From positions 3,072,001 through 3,136,000 of the forward strand of contig CBDCNP010000002.1 in NCBI GenBank assembly GCA_965219415.1: a stretch of DNA of 64,000 nt, read 5' to 3'. Every line of letters begins with the position of its first letter. Position 1 is the stretch's first letter. Of the stretch, positions 20,905 to 33,901 are shown piece after piece. Source of the DNA: Candidatus Marinacidobacterales bacterium. GTDB lineage: Bacteria; Acidobacteriota; Vicinamibacteria; Marinacidobacterales; DATDRI01. The position numbers were made by a program, and so were the translations under genes. The notes beneath the pieces are model-generated. The model searched no databases. It was not told the DNA's origin and saw nothing but the letters and a program-made list of their open reading frames with translations.

Positions 20905-22130
20905 CGTCCTGTGCCAAAACTCGGCCCTCTTGAAATAGATCATAAATCAGTAGCTTAGTGTCTGTGTTTGCGGAGGTGCCAAGGGCTGAGCGCGAACAAA
21001 CGACGAAATCATGCAGGCATGGTCTCGGCAGACCGGAGACCGATCAAGTTCGGGGCGCGCGGATGAATAAATAGAAGGCACAACCAGTCGACTTGCTTCC
21101 GCATCCCTCTTTGTCGCCCTTTTTGGGCCCGACCCGTGTTCAGGTCGAAGGTAGGAGCCCGTCCTGTGCCAAAACTCGGCCCTTTTGAAATAGGCCATAA
21201 ATCAGCAACTTAGTGTCTGTGTTTGCGACCGGGCCAAGGGCCGTGGGCTTTACAATCGTCTTGGGCGGGCGGGTCGTCACCATGCAGATGACCTGTCCAT
21301 CATCATTATTAATCCGGGACTGGACTCTAGGGACCGGACCGCCCTCGAGCACATGCTGGAGAGCGTGGTCAGCGCGCGAGGGAAGGTGCTGAGGACGAAC
21401 TTCTCGGCGACCAGCCGAGTAACGCGAGCGACCAAGCTGACTCAGGCTGCGTCTCGCCACTCGTATCGATGGTGCAGTCCACCGACTCGCGGCAGTGCGA
21501 CTACTTTCGCCGTAGGAGACGGTCGATGCGTGACCGTTCTCAAGCTCGGTGTGTCCTTGTTCAGCCTCAAGTGGCAACGGTCCTCATGATAGTAGCTGAT
21601 GTAAGCTCGCACGAGCCGGATGAGATGACATGCACCGAGAACCACGACGTGCTCAAGAAGCTCGCGACGGCAGCTGCCGACCCCGTCCTGTGCCAAAACT
21701 CGGCCCAGCCGGCATCGACGAAAGAACTGCGCCTCTCGAAATCAGGCTAAGGCTCTAGCACGCGAACAGGTTACGCGGCGGCCGCCAACACTTGACTGCG
21801 GAAGCACCGGGAACAGCAGCAGATTCTCCTTGCCTTGATGATTCCTCTCGTGGTGATGGTAGAAGATGTACTCCCTAAGCGCATGACGGAGCGACTTCTC
21901 GCCGACCGGGCCAAGGGGCCGTAGGCTTTACAATCGTCTGGCCCGAGGGTATTATCTTCAGCTCCATGATGACCTACCACGTGCAATTCCTACTGCTCGT
22001 TCTGGCTGGCTGGGTCAACCGCCAGCAGCAGGATGTGATCGACTACCTGCAAGAGGAGAACCGTGTGCTCCGCGCCGGGCTTCGGGGCAAGCGTCTCAGG
22101 CTCTCTGACGACGATCAGCGCAGGCTTGCC
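20905..22130. mobile_element. Cluster of IS remnants: IS-B right ends at 20905, 21160 and 21684; IS-B 3' part 21295-21683; IS1 end to 21808; IS-A fragment 21809-21905; N-terminus of a related transposase 21966-22130
   Basis: Direct identity to the full copies; LAGWVNRQQQDVIDYLQEENRVL resembles the IS-A N-terminus. Confidence 0.85.
21927..21955 (+). promoter_or_regulatory. Sigma70-like promoter of the transposase remnant
   Basis: TTTACA-N17-TATTAT, 10 bp upstream of ATG 21966. Confidence 0.55.
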
Positions 22131-22239
22131 TCGCTCTCAGCCAAGAGCGGTGCAACAACGCCACTAAAATTGGTACACTTTTAGAAGTTCCCATGACCAT
22201 TAGTACAGCAGTCAATTCAGCGAAAGGGAGCTTCTTCAC

Positions 22240-25038
<2,799 letters not shown>

Positions 25039-25163
25039 CTGCCATCAGGGCCGACTCTTTCACTGTCCTTGGGGATACAGAGCCGGGCGAGGTTCCCGCC
25101 TAATCGACTTCTAGGCACCAGCCCTGAGCTGGTCTCGTGGGGGCTTCTTGGTCGTGCGACGGG

Positions 25164-25795
25164 GGTGCTTCCGCCATCAAGTGTTGGTGAGATGACGCTA
25201 AGACGTTACGGTGCATTAAGTTACAGCCAAAGTAGCGTTCGTGACCTTCGCTTCGCGCTAAATGGAGCGTAAGCGCCTCTTTTGCAACGGGATGCGTACA
25301 CATCACCAACAGTAAACAGCGCAAGCACCCCTCGACAGCCGAGAGGTATAACCTGTTGCCGTCGCTTGTGAGTTGCACGTGGTTGGCTAGCCTGCCGGCC
25401 AGTTCTTGCGTGAACTCCGTCGTGGTGCCGGCGTCGCGCCCGCCGACGAGCCAGGAGACGATCAGCTTGGCGTCGGCATCGAGTGCCGTCCACGTCCAGG
25501 TGTCGCCCGTGCCAGAGGGCGCGGCTTTTGCCCGCTCGACGTTCTTCTGCTTCGCGTAGGTGAAGCTCCAAATCTCATCGACCTGAACCCCGCCGTGTCC
25601 GAAAATGCGAACGGAGCCGAAAGCTCGAATCCTGGAGGCATTCTCGAGCCAGCGTGCGACGGCGTCCTGTGCCAAAACTCGGCCCTTTTGAAATAGACCA
25701 CAAATCAGCAGCTTAGACGCTGTGCCTTCTATTGATTCATCCGCGCGCACCGAACTTGATTAGTCTCCGGTCTGCCGGCACCATGCCTACATGAT
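25164..25795. mobile_element. IS remnants: IS1 end (25164-25330), IS1-like DDE fragment (about 25331-25590, minus), IS-B right end (25663)
   Basis: VQVDEIWSF...TWTWTALDADAKLIVSWLVGGRD...QLTSDG; terminal repeats. Confidence 0.8.
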
Positions 25796-25995
25796 CGACG
25801 TGTTCCGGTTCGACAGTGCCCGCCGATCCTGCCAGGCGCCACGCTCCCGGTCTTGCGATGGCGCGTCACCCCTCCCGGCACGCACGAAATCCCGAGACCG
25901 ATACCCGTTCGCGAAGGCGTCGTGTCCAAAAACACGAACGAACTCAAGACCTGCATCAGCCAGAGCGTTTCGTATAGACGCGTCTACGCTTGCTT

Positions 25996-26239
25996 GGTGC
26001 TTCCGCCATCAAGTGTTGCTACGCCGTGTTTGAATGCTAGTGTCAGCTGGCCTGCCTGTGTCGGCGAACGCCATCAATAAGGATGTCGGCGTGCACACGA
26101 AGGTGTCTCTGAACGTCAGGCACCGTGTGCTCAGCCCAGCCCGCATCGCCGAAAGAACTGCGTCTCTCGAAATCAGGCTCAAACTCTAGCACACGAGCGG
26201 GTTACGCGGCAGCCACCAACACTTGATGGCGGAAGCACC
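25996..26239 (-). mobile_element. Mini IS1 (244 bp, both termini)
   Basis: Perfect 23-bp inverted repeats GGTGCTTCCGCCATCAAGTGTTG; interior keeps only the transposase tail (LTFRD) and left-end sequence. Confidence 0.85.
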
Positions 26240-26714
26240 GAGTTGTCCAGAACGAGCTTGGTTTCGACGCCGCGTCGACGCAAGCGGAACGGCGCGTGGA
26301 TACGGAGTGCGTCCTCGCGAATGCGGTCGGGCCCCATAGACAGGGAAGTAGCGAACGCATCTCGGTCGAGCAGGATGGACACAGAGCCGGGGCTAATATC
26401 GACCCGCCGGATGAGACGAAGCAGGCGGGCTGCCGAGGCACTATCATCATCATCATTACCATTATCACCGGAACACAGCCCGTCTAGAACGTGACGCACC
26501 GAGGCGAGTTCCTGTATCGTCGGAGCCTGGGTCAGCGACGCCGGGAAGGTCGGTGCCCCCACATGCTGTTGGACGAGGTGCACGACGGTCTGTTCCAGCG
26601 TGGGTGCGGGCAGGCGCCAGCCTGAGAGGTCCTTTTGGCCACTGTGCTGGATGAGGCGCCGGGAGACGTAGTAGCGGAGCCGTTGCCCGTTTTTCTTTTT
26701 GGGTGTGGCTCGGC
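26240..26714 (-). pseudogene. Internal fragment of a large serine recombinase
   Basis: RLRYYVSRRLI...WRLPAPTLEQTV...PFRLRRRGVETKLVL. Confidence 0.7.
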
Positions 26715-26760
26715 TGTGCTCCGCAAAAACTCGATCCGTCGTTGATTCCGCAGTTTAGAG

Positions 26761-27724
26761 CTGATGAGATGACATGCGCCGAGAACCACGACGTGCTCAA
26801 GGAGCTCGCGACGGCAGCTGCCGACCCACCGCTCCGCAGTTCCGTTTTGCCATGGGCTGCGAAACGAAGTGCGAACGGGTTTTGTGCCCGTTGCTTTGAT
26901 GAACTCGATGACCGCAGCGCTAAAGATGAAGTCGCGATCGAAGATGAGATATTTCGGAGCGGTGTCGTAGGGAAACGCCTCACGCGGTTGCTGAATAACC
27001 CAAGCAGACGTCGGGTGGAACGTGGCGTTGAAGTGAACGATGTGCCGACGGCCGTGCTCGATGACGAAGAAGCCGTACAGCAGCCGGAGCGAAGCGGTGG
27101 GCACGGTGAACAGATCCATGGCGGCGATATCGTCTTTATGGTTGCGCAAAGAAAGCCATCCATCGCTTCAGCTGGTCGGGCTCCGCAGGATGCCGCGGCA
27201 GGTATCGCGACACCGTAATCTCGGAGATGATGAAACCGAGCTTGGTGAGCTCAGCATGGATGCGTGGCGCCCCCCAGCCGTCTTGCGCCATCGTGCGGAC
27301 GAGGCGGCGAATCTCGGCATCAATCCGAGGCCGACCGGGATGGCGGCGCTGCGACATCTTTGCCCAGTACCGTCGGAATCGGTCGCGATGCCAACGGGCC
27401 ACGGTGTCCGCGTGGACGATGAGCAGGCGGCTTGCCCACACGGGCCACGAACCTCGAAGAGCAACCCAGAAAGCCCGTTCCGTGTCTTCGAGTGGTGGGC
27501 GTGGGCGCTCTTTCTTCAGCGCCGTCACTTGCTGCCGCAAAGCGACGTTCTCCAACACCAAGTCGGCGCGGCGCCGACACATCGCCCGAATGACACGGAC
27601 GCCAAGTGAGACGAGGAATATAACAACGTCGAGCATAGCGGCGGAGTTTCGCCGTCTTCGGCCCGGAATTCAAGCGGAGCGTAAGTCCTTGATTTCGTGG
27701 GCGGAGCAGTTTTGACGATGCACA
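26761..27724 (-). mobile_element. IS-B copy, 3' truncated (transposase from 27636, +1 frameshift at 27148-27150)
   Basis: Near-identical to 15711-16673. Confidence 0.88.
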
Positions 27725-27958
27725 CCTCACCAATGGTGGCTCGATCGGGCAAGTCTCGGGCGGGACGTTCACGTCCCAAGGTTGGCAGGTCCAGAAGAAG
27801 AATAACTTCATCCGCTACGTTATCCGTCCGGCAAGGGCAGGCTCTCTGCCCCAGGCCGTCGAGCCCTGTGCCAGGGTGGCAGCCGAGGTGCCAAAAACCG
27901 CCGCTTGTCGCATGAAATCTCTACGGTTCATTACACTTCCCCTCTGAGCTCCCAGGCC

Positions 27959-29176
27959 TCACTCACTCGCTGGCCGAACCAGCCAGCTCTGGAGTGGATT
28001 CCCGCGCTCGATGACGCTCACCCCGGGTCGGGCGGCGTCGTTGAAGCCCGCCACCGTCCGTTCGAAGTTACTGAACAACGCCGGCAATCCTTTAGCCTCC
28101 AGCCATTCCGGTCCGGTCATTAGATTGAAGTGAACGTGGGGCACCAAGGCATTAGAGTTTCCCACCCGACCGATGAACTGACCCGCCTTCACGGGGTCGC
28201 CGACTTTGACCGGGATGCTGCCAGCCAGGAGATGGCAGGTCAACGAGTACTCACCGTCACCGTGGTCTAAGGACACGAAGTTGCCGGCAAAAACATCCCC
28301 GTCCTCTTCGAGGAGCTCCCGCGCCGCGGTCTCTCCGATCGGGTAGTCCGGTATGTCGTTTCGGACGTCCACCACCACCCCATCGCTGGCCGCGTGCACC
28401 GGCTCACCATGGCCGTAGTAGTCATCGGGTTCTTCCCCATCGGTTCGATAAAGGAGACCGTTCTCCCCCACTTTCACGAAATCCCAACCATAAGTGGTGA
28501 GACCGTTGAGACCGGTGCGCCGGTGGCCGGTGGAGAGATCGTTGCCCGCGTAGACCGCCCAGGTGCCCTCGAAGGGAAGCCTCAGGGTGACCTTTTGCTG
28601 GTAATAGACGACGGGAATCGTGAACGTTACGACTCCCGGCTTGCCTTTCGCGTCGCGCATCCGGAAAACGAGCTCGATGGAATCCGCGTTGGCGAACACC
28701 GGCCGGGAAAAGGGGATTCTGACCCAAGAGACATTTTCCCCGGGCGGCAGATCCGGTCCGGCGTGCTTCTCGCCCTCCGGCTTCCCGTAGACCTTGGTGA
28801 GATAGTATTCCTTGGTCATTGCGTAGGCCCCCTGGATCCACTCCATGCGCTCCAGGTACCCTCGGGGGTATATCTCACGCCAAACGGTTTCCTCTCCGCG
28901 TGTAAAGACGGCTTCGACTTCCTCGATAGCGAGGGCTTCGCTCTCCTGCGACTCGATGACCAGATGGAACAACCAGGTGAGCTTGTAGGGATCGGAGTTG
29001 GCGACGCGGGCGGGCGATGCCGGGTCCCGCTCGATGCCCTCGACGGCGGCGTAGACCACCGAGGGCACCGTCCGGATACTGACGTCGAACGTCCGACTCT
29101 CGCTTCCGGAGCATCCGAGAACGGCCGCGAGCATCGCTGAGAGTGCGGATAGAAAAAGAAGCTTATGAAACCTCAT
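27959..29176 (-). CDS. M23-family metallopeptidase, probable lipoprotein
   Basis: Lipobox VLGC; YGWDF, V-H-A-A-S-D-G, GN...HL and GNS...PHVHF motifs. Confidence 0.85.
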   Translation of the reverse strand: MRFHKLLFLSALSAMLAAVLGCSGSESRTFDVSIRTVPSVVYAAVEGIERDPASPARVANSDPYKLTWLFHLVIESQESEALAIEEVEAVFTRGEETVWREIYPRGYLERMEWIQGAYAMTKEYYLTKVYGKPEGEKHAGPDLPPGENVSWVRIPFSRPVFANADSIELVFRMRDAKGKPGVVTFTIPVVYYQQKVTLRLPFEGTWAVYAGNDLSTGHRRTGLNGLTTYGWDFVKVGENGLLYRTDGEEPDDYYGHGEPVHAASDGVVVDVRNDIPDYPIGETAARELLEEDGDVFAGNFVSLDHGDGEYSLTCHLLAGSIPVKVGDPVKAGQFIGRVGNSNALVPHVHFNLMTGPEWLEAKGLPALFSNFERTVAGFNDAARPGVSVIERGNPLQSWLVRPASE

Positions 29177-29430
29177 GACGCCTCCTCAAGGCACTGAGCT
29201 AGCTGCTCTTGTGATACGTTTAACTTCTTCCGAAGTGTTCGCAGCAGCGTCGGAACACGTGTCTTTATTGTCATCTGGCCTCTCAATAGTATCAGACTCA
29301 GGTCGTATGGCAGTCAATATAGCACTTGCAAGCGCCATGTCACGCGGCATGCTTGCTGAAATTAGGTGTCATTTTCTTGTGCGCCACGCACCGGCACAGC
29401 TTGTCCGGTGCCTCCACGCGGCGCTTGAAG

Positions 29431-30236
29431 GGTATTGTCAAGTTGACGTTGAGCGAGCGAACCTATCGCGTCGAGCTGACTTCCTTTGCTCTCATCGGAC
29501 GGCACAGGTTACCTCCTGCCAGACGATGAAAGCGCGGTCTCGTAGCTCCCGATGATGATGCGCTTGCAACAAATGCCGTCCGACGCGAAAGAGATTTTGC
29601 ACGAGTCCATGCACGGTCAAGAATCGTTGCGCCTGCCCAGGAGCTTTAAACTTCCGCATCTGTCGTTCCCGTTGTCGCGTCGGTTCGTGCGAGACTTCGG
29701 CTAGGTTGTTTCTGTACTGGTCAGTGTCGTGGACGACGGACGGCATGACCTCGCGGTGAGCGGCGCTGTAGCTTCTCAGTTTGTCGGTGACCAGCTGCCA
29801 GGGCGGACGGCCTTGCCCCTTCAACAGCTTGCGGAAGAATCGTTTGGCGGCTTTCTGATCACGGCGAGGCTGGACGAGGATATCGATTACATCACCATCT
29901 TGGTCTACCGCGCGCCAGAGGTATTGGCGTTCACCTTGTATCTTTATGAAGACCTCGTCCAGGTGCCATGTGTCACCGAGACGACCCTGCCGACGCTTCA
30001 GTCGCCGAGCGTATTCCGGCCCGAACTTAATGCACCACAGTCGGACCGCTTCGTAAGAAACCGTGATGCCTCGCTGAGCGAGCAACTCTTCGACGTTTCG
30101 AAAGCTCACGCAGAATCGGTGGTAGAGCCAGACGGCGTGGCTGATGATTTCCGGTGGAAATCGATAGCCGTGGTAGCTTGGCGCATCGGTCTTCATTGGA
30201 CCATTCTGTCAGTCACCAGCTCAATTTGACAATACC
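29431..30236 (-). mobile_element. IS6 family element
   Basis: Inverted repeats GGTATTGTCAAGTTGA and GGTATTGTCAAATTGA. Confidence 0.92.
29492..30196 (-). CDS. IS6 family transposase
   Basis: YRFPPEIISHAVWLY, WHLDEVF, YLWRAVDQDG, VTDKL and NNLAEVSH. Confidence 0.95.
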   Translation of the reverse strand: MKTDAPSYHGYRFPPEIISHAVWLYHRFCVSFRNVEELLAQRGITVSYEAVRLWCIKFGPEYARRLKRRQGRLGDTWHLDEVFIKIQGERQYLWRAVDQDGDVIDILVQPRRDQKAAKRFFRKLLKGQGRPPWQLVTDKLRSYSAAHREVMPSVVHDTDQYRNNLAEVSHEPTRQRERQMRKFKAPGQAQRFLTVHGLVQNLFRVGRHLLQAHHHRELRDRAFIVWQEVTCAVR

Positions 30237-31309
30237 GTCCCGACGAGTACCGCGATCATTACCAGATGAGCCGTGAGGGAATCGATCTCATCGAGTCGAT
30301 CATCAGAGAAAACAGCCTACCCGTTCCGTTTCGGCGTGAGGGCTGTCTCAAAGTGTTTACCAGCCAGAGACGAGCCGATATCGCTGCCGCCGAGACCGAA
30401 AGGCGTCATGCCGCCGGTGTTCCGGAGGAGTTCCTCGCCGGGGAAGTGTTGGACGATTGGATTCGAATGCGGGGTGCCAAGGGTGCCATCCTCGACCCTA
30501 CCGCCGGTCAGCTGAACGGTGCTCGATTCATTCGCAGTTTGCGGCCGATCTTGGCGAACCGGGGTGTCGAGATTTACGAGCGAACGCCGGTGCTCTCGGT
30601 TCAAGAAGGCTCCGAGGTGAGACTCGAGACGGCCGCCGGTGAGGTCAGAGCCCGAGCCATCGTCTTGGCGACCAATGCCTACACCCCACGCCTCGGCTAC
30701 TTCAAGAACCAGCTCATCCCGATACATTCGCACGTCCTCGCGACCGAGCCCCTTACTAATAAGGAGTGGGCGGAGATCGGCTGGCGAAGAGGCTGTGGGT
30801 TCGTCGATGATTCGAGCCGACTAGCGTATGGCGCGATGACGGCACAAGGGCAAATGGTTTTTGGAGGCGGGAGTAACGCGTCTTACGACTATCTCTTCGG
30901 CGGCCGGGTGAGCCTTTCTGAAAAGAACGGGCAAGCTACCAACGCGGTGTTCAAACAGCTAGGGCGCTATTTCCCGAGTGCACGTCTAGTGGGAGTGCAT
31001 CAACGTTGGAGCGGTGCGATCGGCATGACGCTCGACCGCGTGCCTACGATTGGCGTGCGGGGCGAGAACCCTAACGTTTACTTTGCGTTGGGCTATAGCG
31101 GGTTCGGGATCACGATGTCGAACTTGGCGGGAAAGATGCTCTGCGACGTTTATAGCGACGACGATGACCGCTGGCGCACCCTACCTTTTTATTGTCGGGA
31201 GCCGTCGTGGATCCCACCCGAACCGCTGCGCTGGCTAGGTTACAAGACCTTTACTGGGCTGACTGGCAACTCCCCTCGCACCTGGTACAAGAAACGCGCG
31301 CGCTCGTAG
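30237..31309 (+). pseudogene. FAD-dependent oxidoreductase (DadA/PuuB family), N-terminus removed at IS6
   Basis: IVLATNAY, ATEPL, WSG and ALGYSGFGI motifs; no N-terminal GxGxxG. Confidence 0.8.
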
Positions 31310-31395
31310 CAGCCTTCCTCTACATGGCGATGAAGGTGTACCTTAGCAACGCAGCCCGAGGGATTCGGCGCAGTCTTCTGGGCTAAAAAGATCAA

Positions 31396-32520
31396 ATGGC
31401 ACGACTTGTTCTAGTAGGAGCGGGACACGCCCACATGGAGGTGATCCGGCGTCTCATTCTGGCACCCGGTTCTTGGGCGGATCTCACCGTGGTGTCCCAA
31501 TTCGACAAGCACCACTACTCGGGGATGGTGCCGGGGTATCTCCGGGGGAGCTACCGCGAGAACGAAATCTCTTTCGACCTGCCACCGCTGATCGCCTCCG
31601 CCGGGGGTGAGTTCGTATGCAGGCGAGCGGTCGGTATCGATCCCGCCCGCCGCGTCGTTCGCTTGGAAGGTGGTGGGGAGATCGAATACGATATTGTTTC
31701 TTTCAACGTCGGGTCTCGGACCATCGCAGGGGATTCCGCGGGGCCGCACGCGGCGCTCGTGAAACCCATGTCCCGGGCGGTCGAACTTCATAGTCGCATA
31801 CTGGAGCTCGCCCATCGTGACGGGGGCAAGACACGGCATGCGGCCGTGGTTGGCGGAGGGTCCGCGGGGGTGGAGATAGCTTGTGCCATGGCCGCGTTAC
31901 TCGACGACGCAGGTGGCCGTCGGGACATAAAGATCGTCGAGGGTTCGGACGGCATTCTTCGGGGGTATTCGGAGCGGTTTCGAAAACGGACCGAAAGTAT
32001 CCTGAGGGATCAAAACATCCAAGTGCGCACCGGCCGGCGAGTCGTCAAGGTCCACCCGGACACGGTTGAGCTCGAGGACGGTTCTCGCGTCAAGAGTGAT
32101 TTGACCGTGTGGCTGACCGGCCCGGCAGGCCCCGGGATCTTCGAAGGCTCGAAGCTCGAGCTCGACGGTCGCGGCTTCCTTCTCGTCGACGACGCCCTTC
32201 GCTCGTTGAGCGATCCCAATGTGCTTGGCGTCGGCGATTGTGTCACCCTGGCAAACTATCCGGCCACGCCGAAGGCAGGGGTCTTTGCGGTACGAGAAGC
32301 GCCGGTGCTTTGGGAGAGCCTTCTTTCCGCGGTCGGCCAGGGAGCCCTGCCTCGCTACCAACCGCAGGAGGGCTTTCTTTCTATCCTCAATACTGCCGAC
32401 GGAAAGGCCCTGCTACGATACAAGTCCTACATCACACATAGTTTTCTCGCCTGGTGGCTCAAGGATTGGATCGATCGGCGTTTTGTGGCGAAGTACCAAG
32501 GTCTGGTTGGAGCGAACTAG
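31396..32520 (+). CDS. Pyridine nucleotide-disulfide oxidoreductase of the type found N-terminally fused to SelD
   Basis: LVLVGAGHAH, YSGMVPG, VVGGGSAGVE, GD, PKAGVFAVR and WWLKDWIDRRF. Confidence 0.85.
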   Translation: MARLVLVGAGHAHMEVIRRLILAPGSWADLTVVSQFDKHHYSGMVPGYLRGSYRENEISFDLPPLIASAGGEFVCRRAVGIDPARRVVRLEGGGEIEYDIVSFNVGSRTIAGDSAGPHAALVKPMSRAVELHSRILELAHRDGGKTRHAAVVGGGSAGVEIACAMAALLDDAGGRRDIKIVEGSDGILRGYSERFRKRTESILRDQNIQVRTGRRVVKVHPDTVELEDGSRVKSDLTVWLTGPAGPGIFEGSKLELDGRGFLLVDDALRSLSDPNVLGVGDCVTLANYPATPKAGVFAVREAPVLWESLLSAVGQGALPRYQPQEGFLSILNTADGKALLRYKSYITHSFLAWWLKDWIDRRFVAKYQGLVGAN

Positions 32521-32522
32521 CT

Positions 32523-33221
32523 ATGTACTTCCGCCATTCCGACGAAATGTGGCGGAAGTTTCCGCAGCTCGTTCCTGGAGCGCTGGTTATTGCCGGCGTT
32601 CACCCCGATGGCGAAGTGAGCCTCGCGCCCTGGTTCGATCGCGCTCGGGAACGCTTGGAGGCCGGTTCAGAGTCCAAGTTGCCCGAGATCGTCGCTTGGC
32701 GTCGTGCCTACGCGCAGATGGGAATGAAACCCACTCAGTACCGTTCCGCGGCCGAGGCGCTTTTGCGTCGCTTCCGGACGGAAGACGATTTGCCTCGTCT
32801 TCATCCTCTGGTCGATCTTTGTAACGCAGTCTCGCTGGCCTTCGCACTACCGGTCGCGGTTTTCGATCTCGCCAAAGTGGATCGGCATCTCGAAGTGCGT
32901 CATTCAAAAGGTGTCGAGCAGTACTTGACCTTCTCCGGCGAAATTGAGACCCCGCCTCAAGGAGAGGTGATCTTCGCCGACGCTTCGAATCAGGCTCACG
33001 CTCGCCGGTGGACGTTTCGCCAGAGCAAGAGATCGGCGGTGGGCCCGGGGACAACGCGGGCGCTCATTGTCGCGGAGGGATTGCATGAGACGGCCTCCCG
33101 GGATGTCGCCGCACTAATGGACGTGCTCGAAGAGGCGCTCACGAAATCTTGGGCGGCTCCGCAACACCGGGTCCTTCTGAGCGCCGAGGCCCCCCGCTTG
33201 GAGCTCGAGACCGATCTCTGA
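32523..33221 (+). CDS. Stand-alone B3/B4 (PheRS editing-like) domain protein
   Basis: AWRRAY...KPTQYRSAAEALLRR, LVDLCNAVSL, VFDL and RRWTFRQS. Confidence 0.88.
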   Translation: MYFRHSDEMWRKFPQLVPGALVIAGVHPDGEVSLAPWFDRARERLEAGSESKLPEIVAWRRAYAQMGMKPTQYRSAAEALLRRFRTEDDLPRLHPLVDLCNAVSLAFALPVAVFDLAKVDRHLEVRHSKGVEQYLTFSGEIETPPQGEVIFADASNQAHARRWTFRQSKRSAVGPGTTRALIVAEGLHETASRDVAALMDVLEEALTKSWAAPQHRVLLSAEAPRLELETDL

Positions 33222-33507
33222 TATTAAAAGGAGGAAGCCATGCCAACGGTTCGATTGAGAAACGTGTCCGAGTATCCCGAGAAGATGCAAAAGCGCTTCG
33301 AGGTGGCCAAGGAGTGGTTCAACTATGACTTCGAGTCACCGCCGGCGATGAGCCTGGTGATGGCGTGGGACCCCGGGTTCGGAGCTCCGCATGGCCGCGC
33401 CATGAAGCGCGCCGCGGAACCTGGAGAGTTCACGCGCGCCGAAAAAGAGATGGTGGCGTCCGTCGTTAGCGGCGTGAACGCCTGCGAGTATTGAGTGAAG
33501 GCACATA

Positions 33508-33527
33508 CTGCGGCCGGGAAGCTGCAG
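33508..33527 (+). promoter_or_regulatory. SECIS-like hairpin
   Basis: CTGCGGC-CGGGAA-GCTGCAG: 7-bp stem and G-containing loop 20 nt after the UGA. Confidence 0.65.
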
Positions 33528-33901
33528 GGGATGAAGGAAGACGCACTCTGGTATGAAGCGGCGAACACGGTGGGGATCACCAACGCGCCTCAACGTCGTC
33601 ACCGATTCTCTGTCTCCCGACGCCAATACTCATCTTATCGAGCCCATAGATGAAGGGGCCGACGACAAGAGGACCGCCCTGTGTTTCGCGGAGATCCGAG
33701 ATTTTTACCAGAGTGAGGAAGTGCCGCTTCCGTTTCGGATCGCGGCGCATGACCCGGGCTACCTGGGAGATCTTTGGGAGACCGTCCGACATGCATTCAG
33801 CGATAGACGGCTCACCAGACGTCTCAAGGAGGCGCTGGCATTCGCGGTGTCGGTCACGACGACCTCCCGATTCGGCACCGTCTTTCACCTGGCGGAGATG
33901 C

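Noticed and set aside
22170-22190. Sigma54 promoter or riboswitch before the TonB receptor
   Set aside because: The -12 GC is missing and no riboswitch consensus was recognised
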